A stretch of DNA of 64,000 nucleotides from Neophaeotheca triangularis (lineage: Eukaryota): positions 620,001-684,000 of the forward strand of contig BAAIJX010000002.1 in the NCBI GenBank assembly GCA_054600435.1. The letters run 5' to 3'. The notes under the pieces are model-generated. The model saw only the letters and a list, made by a program, of their open reading frames with translations, did no database searches and was not told the DNA's origin. Below are positions 56,924 through 64,000 of the stretch, piece after piece (the first letter of the stretch is position 1; the number at the start of each line of letters is the position of its first letter). Made by a program: the position numbers and the translations under genes.

Positions 56924-58322
56924 ATGTCGATTCCAGGCGCAGTCAGTAGACTTGCCACTTACTCTGCTGTTGCCTTCGGGGTTTATGCCATCATTCTCGG
57001 AGCTCTTCTCACTCCTTCGCTGAATAGATTGTAAGTCGATGTCCGACATCTAAAACAGCACGTTATGCTAATACAAGCAGTGCTCTCTATGCCCACAAGA
57101 TCAACACACACTTCTGGGACAATGTCGACCAACCGGAAACCTTTGGCTTTGGGAAAGGCCAGGTGACGCCGTTCAACATTCAGACACCCGATGGCGAGAC
57201 ACTGTACGCTTGGCATGTTCTGCCCCTGAACGTCTATGCCAAGAATCAAGAGGCATTGCAGACTTTCGTTCAGCAGAACGAGAGTTTCGAGAGCTATACC
57301 GCATCACTGCCCTTCCGCCTCCTATCTCAAGATCCCAACGCCCGCGTCGTGCTCAGCTGTACGTAAATGCCCTCTACATCAAGACTACCTCCAGACTAAT
57401 CCACTCTCTCCAAAGAAGTCCACGGAAACGCCGGTCACGTAGCTCAAGGCTGGCGAACAGACACCCAACGCTACCTAGCCACCCAACTCAACACCCACGT
57501 TCTCACAATCGACTACCGTGGTTTCGGTAAATCCACCGGCTCGCCCACGGAAGAAGGTCTAATCACCGACGGCATCACCCTGACAAACTGGGCCATTCGT
57601 GTCGCCGGCATATCCCCCGAGCGTATCGTCCTCCTGGGCCAGAGCCTCGGAACCGCCGTCTCCAGCGCCATCGCTCTCAGCTTCGCAGACCCCAAATTCG
57701 AAATTCGTGAGCCGAAGGACACGACTGCACCGCTGCGAGGCGATATAGGCGTCGAAACCCCTGTGCTCTTCGCGGGTATCGTGCTCGCAGCCCCTTTCCA
57801 CAACATACCCTCGCTGATGCTGACTTACCGACTCGGCGGTCTCGTGCCCTTGCTCCTCCCGCTGCGGCCTTTTCCCTCGTTAGCAAGGATGCTGACGGCG
57901 CAAATGACGGATAAATGGTTCACGGCCGAACGGCTGGCGGCGTATTACGGGGCTAGGGTTCATGGTGCGCACGGGTCGAAAGCGGGGAAGGAGCTGGGGG
58001 GGTTGCAGATTGTGCATGCGGTTGATGATATGGATATTTCGTATCATCAGAGTGAGATGATTGCTCACAGAGTGCTGGGGCAGAGAGCGAGGGGGATTGG
58101 GGCCGAGGACCCCGTGGGTGTAGTGGATGTGAAGGTGGAGGGAAGGCCGAGGATGCGGGTCGAGATTGTCGAATATGGTGGTGAGTTTGGTATCCGACAT
58201 TGGGGGATTACGAGAGAAATGGATGCTAATGCTAGACATACGCAGGACACAACAGGCTTGTTACTTACACCCCGGTTGCTGTAGCCGTGCTAAGGGCTTT
58301 TGAGGGGACAATCGAGCTGTAA
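56924..58322 (+). CDS. Alpha/beta hydrolase, ABHD12/Bem46-like
   Basis: N-terminal TM segment, TPDGETLYAWH, FHGNAGH, DYRGFGKSTGSPTEEG, nucleophile GQSLG, HAVDD, GGHN. Introns 57031-57080, 57359-57418, 58181-58245. Confidence 0.9.
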
Positions 58323-58683
58323 CTTGATTGTAAGATGTCGATACATATGTCGGTGGACGAATGATTCGATTTTTAGACACGCCCTGCTACCCACCTTTGT
58401 TTACGTTCCAAGCAGCGTCAAGACTTCGAATTCAAAGTCAGCGGATGTATGCAGTGAGGTTGCCATACAGCTCATTTGGGCTTAGTTGTTGCAAGCTTAT
58501 CGGCGCCAAGAAGTCGCGATAACCTGCGTCATTTTGAAGATTGCGATTGTGATTGCGGCGGGGATTCCATGTTCGAGGTCGCAACGAGACGACACGACCT
58601 CAACTACACACCACCGACGTGAGCCTCTTGATCATTTCCCTTTTCTTCTCCCATACACACCAACCTCCTCAATAACCGTCACG

Positions 58684-59321
58684 ATGTCCGTCGCAACCAA
58701 CGCCCCCATCAACCCAGAAGAAGCCGACAACTTCGAGGAAATAGAAAAGCAATTCGCAGTCAAAGGTATCCAAGTCCCCCCAATCCCCAAAAAACCCACT
58801 CTCCAACCAAACTAACCCCCCTCCCTCCCCAGTCGTCCAACATATGACAACCTATTGGTCCATCCTCGAAAAAATGCCAGGGTCCAAGCTCCGCCTAACC
58901 AAAATCGACGACGAAATCCACGAGCACTTTTTGCAAGAATTCCCTGATTATGATTTGAAAGCGACTATTAATGAGGACGAAATGAAGAGCAAGGCCGGCA
59001 AGGAGCGCTGGCGGAATTTCATCAATGCGTACGAGAAGAAGGTGGATGATTACAATTTTGGGACTATGTTGCGTGCGAACCCGGCTTGGGAGTATGGTGA
59101 GAAGGAGACAATTTTTGGTGAGTGTTCTTTTTGTTATTTGTGTTTGTGTCTGATAGGGCTAGGGGTGGTGGAGTTGTGAGGGATTGGTGTTGTTAGAACA
59201 GATTGCTGACTATTGTGTTGCAGCGGTGCGGATGCAGTTCTATGCTATTGAGATTGCGAGGAACAGGGCCGGGTTGAACGACTGGGTGCATGAGAAGGCC
59301 AAGGCGGAGGCCTCTGCGTGA
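58684..59321 (+). CDS. PBDC1/YPL225W-family protein
   Basis: ADNFEEIEKQFAVK, LRLTKIDDEI, EDEMKSKAGKERWR, DYNFGTMLR, RMQFYAIEIARNR. Introns 58766-58832 and 59118-59223. Confidence 0.9.
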
Positions 59322-59902
59322 GCGCGAGCGGGATCGATATGTCCAGCTATGAATCTAGCGAAGTAGGGATTGTGGGCTGTTCGAGGCGCGCCCGAGAAGA
59401 GTTGCCCTCCTGAAAGCTGGTCAGCGTTGGGATCAGAGCACTACCAATCCCGCAGCATTTCAACACTCACGCTACTGGCTCGCAAGGGAAAGCGCGAAGA
59501 AGGAGGGGGAGACCATCAGAACGGCCCTCGGGTGGCTCTGATAATGTCGCGGTATACCCAGATTTGAGGCGGACACATGGTTGATATTGTCGATACCGAC
59601 TTGTACACAAAAGGCTTATCGATTGCAAAATGCGGACGTTCATCGGCATGCACTGTGGCGTCTGGAAGTATGTATAGGACGGCGCTTGGCTTTGTGAGCG
59701 AGAACAATACTAGTCGGCATTCTTCGCCACAGCCCGAATGATCCGAATTAGGAAGTTGACATTTTGACTTGATCTTTGGAAACAATGTGTCGAGGGCAAG
59801 TGGTGAGTTTTCTCTGCCGTAAGTGTTGGGTTGAGTGTTGACTTCCGAAAAGCCTGTTATGAGCAATTTTTGAGTCCATGGAACAACAACTCGCCTTCAA
59901 CG

Positions 59903-62900
59903 ATGCCTTTCGGAAAGCGCAAGCGCTCTGATGGTGGTGAAAGACCCATCTCTGGCCAGAGTAATGCCTCGAATGTCACGGTCGACAGCCAGGCGACAGA
60001 AGCAGAGTCTGAGGCTGAGGCCGCACCGTGGAAAGCGCTCTTCTTCTTCACCACACGCTCGCATGTCCCCTTACTCGTAGGAGCCATCACCACATCCGTA
60101 ATAGCGGGTTTGGTTACGCCGGCGACTACATTGTTCCAAGGCTTGATCTTCGAACGCTTCTCCCAATTCGCGGGAGGTGCAATCACCCACGAGGAGTTCG
60201 TAGCCGACCAGAAACTATACATCTACTACCTTCTAGCCATCTCGGGCGGAGCATGGGTCATCCATGCCCTCGACTTCAACCTCTGGCTAGCCTTTGGCGA
60301 ACTGCAAGCCAAAAGCGCCCGCGACCGCCTCTTCCACGGTCTCCTCGAAAAAGACATTGAATGGTACGACATGCGCAAAAACGGCATCGGCGCGCAGCTC
60401 CCACGCCTGCAAGCGCAAATCCGCGACCTCCAACTCGCCTGCTCACAACCGCTTGCCACGCTCTGCTCCCTCGTCTCCACGGCCGTCTTGTCCGTCATCC
60501 AAGCCTTCCTCCAATCCTGGGACCTGACCCTCGTCTCGCTCTCCACCGTGCCCATCGTCCTCCTCATCGTTTTCTGGCTCAACAAACCCATGCAAGAGAG
60601 CATAATGCAACAAGATGCCTTCCTGATGAAAGCGCAAAAACACTCCACCAACGCCTTCTCCGCTATTGAGACCGTCAAGTGTTTCAACGGCCAGGACATC
60701 GAAGTACAGAAATACCGAACCGAGTGCTCCAACGCCGCGCGCTGGTACTACAAAGTCGCCAACGTCAACTCGATACAGATCGGCCTACTAGTGCTGCTGT
60801 CGACTTCCATGTTCGTGCAGGGTTTCTACTACGGTAGCGTGCTGATCAGTCGCGGCACGGTGGGGTCTGCAGAAGTCATAACCACCTTCCTCTCCGCTAT
60901 TGGCGCTTTCATCGCTTTGCAGGCTATCTTGCCGCAGATGATTGTCTTGGAAAAGGGGCGGAACGCAGGTTCCACCCTGAGGGCGATTATGTCGCAAGTG
61001 CAGGACGGCACGGGCAAGAGGCGCAAGTCCGGACTTATACGGCCGGCCGAGTGTTTTGGGCAAATCGAGGTGAAGGACTTGTCGTTTGCGTATCCGTCGC
61101 GGGCGGAGGAGATGGCGTTGAAGGATGTGAGCCTCTCGATACCGGCGGGGAAGATGACTTTTCTGATCGGAAAGAGTGGTTCTGGGAAGAGCACGCTGGG
61201 CCAGCTGCTGATGCGGTTTTACGAGTGCACTACCGGGCATATCGCTGTCGATGGCGTGCCCTTAGGGTCTTTGGACGTAACGTGGCTACGCAAGAATATT
61301 ACGCTGGTCGAACAGACGAGTTTGCTGTTCAATGATACGGTGTTTCGCAACATCGCGCTGGGGCGGACTGATCATGACAATGTGACAAGAGAGGAGGTCA
61401 AGGAGGTTGTGGAGTTTGCGCTTCTGCAGCTTATGATGGTGGAGATGCCTAAGGGGCTGGATACCGTCGTGGGCTACAAGGGTGGTTCCATGTCCGGGGG
61501 CCAGCGGCAGCGCATGGCTCTCGCGAGAGCTAGGTTGAGGGATACGCCGATTCTGATGCTGGATGAGTCGACGAGCGCGCTGGATCACATCAGTCGGGCT
61601 TTGATGATGGATGCCATTCGGTTGTGGCGGCGCGGGAAGACTACCATCATTATCACACACGATATCTCGCAGATTCTGGCTGACGATTACGTGTATGTGC
61701 TTGAGCAGGGTGCGCTGGTGCAGGAGGGTTATCGCAAACATATGGAGAGGATGAGGGACACGCCGTTCCAGGGGTTCTTGCCGCCGGATCAGAGAGCTAC
61801 CGACTCCGCTGCCGACGAGAGAAAGGGTACGCAATGGTCAACGTGGGAGAGCGTACGGACTAGACGTTCGTCCCTAAGCTCAGAGGCTATGGTACCGCGG
61901 TCGATTGGCGCAGTGCTGGACCCGCTGGAGGCACATTTGAAAGCCGGTGAGAACAAGCGGAGATCCTTCTTGCCAGTTGTGTTTCAGCAGAACAGCAACT
62001 TGGCTGGTATGAGGCTGTTCGGACCCAATGGACGGCCGGTGTCTGGTATGCCATCGCCTCTTAAGCGGCAGACGACCTCTTCGTCCAAGATCACTACCCC
62101 CTCTACCCCTTTGGTAGAGGAATCCGGACAGAAGAGCGTTACTCGTGCATCGACGTTCGCGAGTCCTACCGACTGGTCGAAAATGTTGGAGAACTTTGTC
62201 GATAAGACAGGCAAGCTTGCCGCAGAGTCCAGGTCAAAAGCTGTAAACATCAGAAGACGGCCTGTAGCGAAAGGCGACGATGATATTGAACTCGTGGCCA
62301 AAGACGAGGATGTTGGAGACGAGATCAAAGAGGAACCGGCAGATGGCGAAAAGGACCCTGAACTGGCCATTGTCAAGAAACGGTCCTTCAAGGAAATCTT
62401 TGCCACTTACTGGCCAAATCTCGGCTGGCAAGAGAGAATGTTGTTCTGCGTGGCTGTCTACTGCGCTACAGTGCATGCCGCCGCCTCGCCTGTCTTCTCC
62501 TTCATCCTGTCGCAGCTTGTAAACACCTACGCGGAACCGGAAACCAGTTCACAGAGAGCTGTGCCCTTTGCGCTCGCAATTCTGGCCATTTCCCTCGTCG
62601 ACTGCGTGCACACCTACGTCTACCGCTTCTCTTGCGAATACACCGGGCAGCGCTGGGTCGACAACATCCGCGTCAAAGCCATGGCCGGCGTGCTAGATCA
62701 GCCGCGAGAATTCTTCGACAAAGAGGAGAACTCGACGTCGCGGATGACTGAGTCGCTGGACCGAAATGCAGAGGAGACTCGTAACCTAGTCGGTCGGTTT
62801 GCGAGTTTGGTCTACGTCGCCGCGCTCATGGGAACCATCTCCCTGGCTTGGGCAACTGCTGCGCAATGGCGGTTGACTCTCATCGCTCTCTGCGCGGCCC

Positions 62901-64000
62901 CCTATGTTTTCGGGGTCACCAAAGCTTTCGCTGCCATCAGTACAAAATGGGAAGGCCATAGCAACGACGCTTCTGACGCCGCGAGCGCCATCTTCACCGA
63001 AACCTTCACCAACATCAAAACCGTGCGTGCTCTAACCCTGGAACCGCACTTCCTAGAAAAGTACACCAAAGCCACCAACGAGACTCTGCGCGTCGGCTTC
63101 AAGCGCGCCTTCTACATCGGCCTCTTCTTCGGTATGGCGGACAGTGCCGGTAATTTCGCCACCGCCCTGATCTACTGGATAGGAACCTGGCTGGCCGACG
63201 AACCCAGCAAAGTCCCCGCCATCATCCAAGTCTTTAGCATGCTCGCCTTCACCATTACAAACGTCAGCGGCGTGCTAGAGTACATACCGCAAATTGGCGC
63301 GTCACAGGACACAGCTTCTCGTCTCCTGCGTCTAGCATATTTGCCCAAGGACTCGCACGAACACCGTGGCGATACCCGAATCGTCACCGTCGGCGACATC
63401 GTTTTCAACGACGTGCGTTTCTCCTACCCCTCGCGGCCGGATCAGACGGTCCTCAACCACGTGAACATCCACATCCAACCCGGCACCTGCACGGCCATTG
63501 TCGGCGGCTCCGGATCAGGAAAATCCACAATCGCCAACCTCCTGCTCAACCTATACGGCCTCAACGCCCCCGAGCCGCACACCACGGCAAACCCCGCCAC
63601 CGCCTCCAGCCCTTCAGACACCCCTCCCCCGCTCCCCACCCACTCAGGCGAAATCACAATCTCCGCCCGCGACCTGCAACACATCCACACCCCGTCGCTC
63701 CGCAGCCTGATAACAATCGTCAGCCAAACCTCGCAACTCTTCCCCACCACGGCGGCCGAGAACATCACCTACGGCCTGCCGGCCCACTCGCCCCTCGCCA
63801 GCCCCAGCGCAATCGAGACCGCAGCCCGCCAGGCCGGCATCCACGACTTCCTCACCTCGCTCCCGCTCGGCTACGCCACGCGGATAGGCGAAGGCGGCCT
63901 GGGGCTATCCGGCGGGCAAGTGCAACGGGTCGCCATCGCGCGAGCGCTGTGCCGGAGGCCCGCGGTGCTGGTTCTGGACGAAGCGACGTCGGCGCTGGAC
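59903..64000 (+). CDS. STE6: Full-size ABCB (MDR-type) transporter, Ste6/Hst6 pheromone-exporter-like; truncated by the window end
   Basis: Open frame from MPFGKRK with TMD-NBD-TMD-NBD layout: GKSGSGKST, MSGGQRQR, LMLDESTSALD, then GGSGSGKST, LSGGQVQR, LVLDEATSALD. It is missing from the ORF track because there is no stop in the window. The Ste6 subfamily call is inferred. Confidence 0.85.
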   Translation, partial: MPFGKRKRSDGGERPISGQSNASNVTVDSQATEAESEAEAAPWKALFFFTTRSHVPLLVGAITTSVIAGLVTPATTLFQGLIFERFSQFAGGAITHEEFVADQKLYIYYLLAISGGAWVIHALDFNLWLAFGELQAKSARDRLFHGLLEKDIEWYDMRKNGIGAQLPRLQAQIRDLQLACSQPLATLCSLVSTAVLSVIQAFLQSWDLTLVSLSTVPIVLLIVFWLNKPMQESIMQQDAFLMKAQKHSTNAFSAIETVKCFNGQDIEVQKYRTECSNAARWYYKVANVNSIQIGLLVLLSTSMFVQGFYYGSVLISRGTVGSAEVITTFLSAIGAFIALQAILPQMIVLEKGRNAGSTLRAIMSQVQDGTGKRRKSGLIRPAECFGQIEVKDLSFAYPSRAEEMALKDVSLSIPAGKMTFLIGKSGSGKSTLGQLLMRFYECTTGHIAVDGVPLGSLDVTWLRKNITLVEQTSLLFNDTVFRNIALGRTDHDNVTREEVKEVVEFALLQLMMVEMPKGLDTVVGYKGGSMSGGQRQRMALARARLRDTPILMLDESTSALDHISRALMMDAIRLWRRGKTTIIITHDISQILADDYVYVLEQGALVQEGYRKHMERMRDTPFQGFLPPDQRATDSAADERKGTQWSTWESVRTRRSSLSSEAMVPRSIGAVLDPLEAHLKAGENKRRSFLPVVFQQNSNLAGMRLFGPNGRPVSGMPSPLKRQTTSSSKITTPSTPLVEESGQKSVTRASTFASPTDWSKMLENFVDKTGKLAAESRSKAVNIRRRPVAKGDDDIELVAKDEDVGDEIKEEPADGEKDPELAIVKKRSFKEIFATYWPNLGWQERMLFCVAVYCATVHAAASPVFSFILSQLVNTYAEPETSSQRAVPFALAILAISLVDCVHTYVYRFSCEYTGQRWVDNIRVKAMAGVLDQPREFFDKEENSTSRMTESLDRNAEETRNLVGRFASLVYVAALMGTISLAWATAAQWRLTLIALCAAPYVFGVTKAFAAISTKWEGHSNDASDAASAIFTETFTNIKTVRALTLEPHFLEKYTKATNETLRVGFKRAFYIGLFFGMADSAGNFATALIYWIGTWLADEPSKVPAIIQVFSMLAFTITNVSGVLEYIPQIGASQDTASRLLRLAYLPKDSHEHRGDTRIVTVGDIVFNDVRFSYPSRPDQTVLNHVNIHIQPGTCTAIVGGSGSGKSTIANLLLNLYGLNAPEPHTTANPATASSPSDTPPPLPTHSGEITISARDLQHIHTPSLRSLITIVSQTSQLFPTTAAENITYGLPAHSPLASPSAIETAARQAGIHDFLTSLPLGYATRIGEGGLGLSGGQVQRVAIARALCRRPAVLVLDEATSALD

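Noticed and set aside
1..64000. Transposons, tRNA/rRNA genes, CRISPR arrays
   Set aside because: No transposase or reverse-transcriptase motifs, terminal repeats, large AT-rich RIP blocks, cloverleafs or spaced repeats were seen by eye. tRNAscan-SE and RepeatMasker would be needed to exclude small elements.

Overview
Gene-dense chromosomal DNA from a filamentous ascomycete. Short GT-AG introns with CTRAC branch points and the gene set suggest a Dothideomycete, but that assignment is inference. About 27 protein-coding loci can be supported. Recognisable genes include the H3K27 methyltransferase KMT6/EZH2, NOG2, NPT1, SYM1, BolA, glutaminyl cyclase, MED8, MPDU1, PIL1, SWC3, PBDC1 and a Ste6-like ABC exporter that runs off the right edge. 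Catabolic enzymes include a LigM-like GcvT-family demethylase, an SDR, a beta-lactamase-like hydrolase, a DHDPS-family aldolase and a BVMO. The main features not evident from the ORF track are: (1) an H/ACA snoRNA (snR191/U19 type) in the NOG2 intron with readable guides for 25S rRNA helix 69; (2) a candidate 25-aa microprotein gene carrying a class I SH3-ligand motif, alone in a 7.5-kb gene-poor interval; (3) a scar joining the 3' remnants of two divergent genes, an M24 peptidase and a Git1-like MFS permease; (4) one in-frame TAG in an otherwise intact But2-domain cell-wall gene; (5) a Ser in place of the conserved SET-domain His in KMT6; (6) a strong C-rich to G-rich switch within many genes. 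No intact transposon, tRNA, rRNA or CRISPR array was recognised. Family calls come from motif recognition by eye; no database searches were run.
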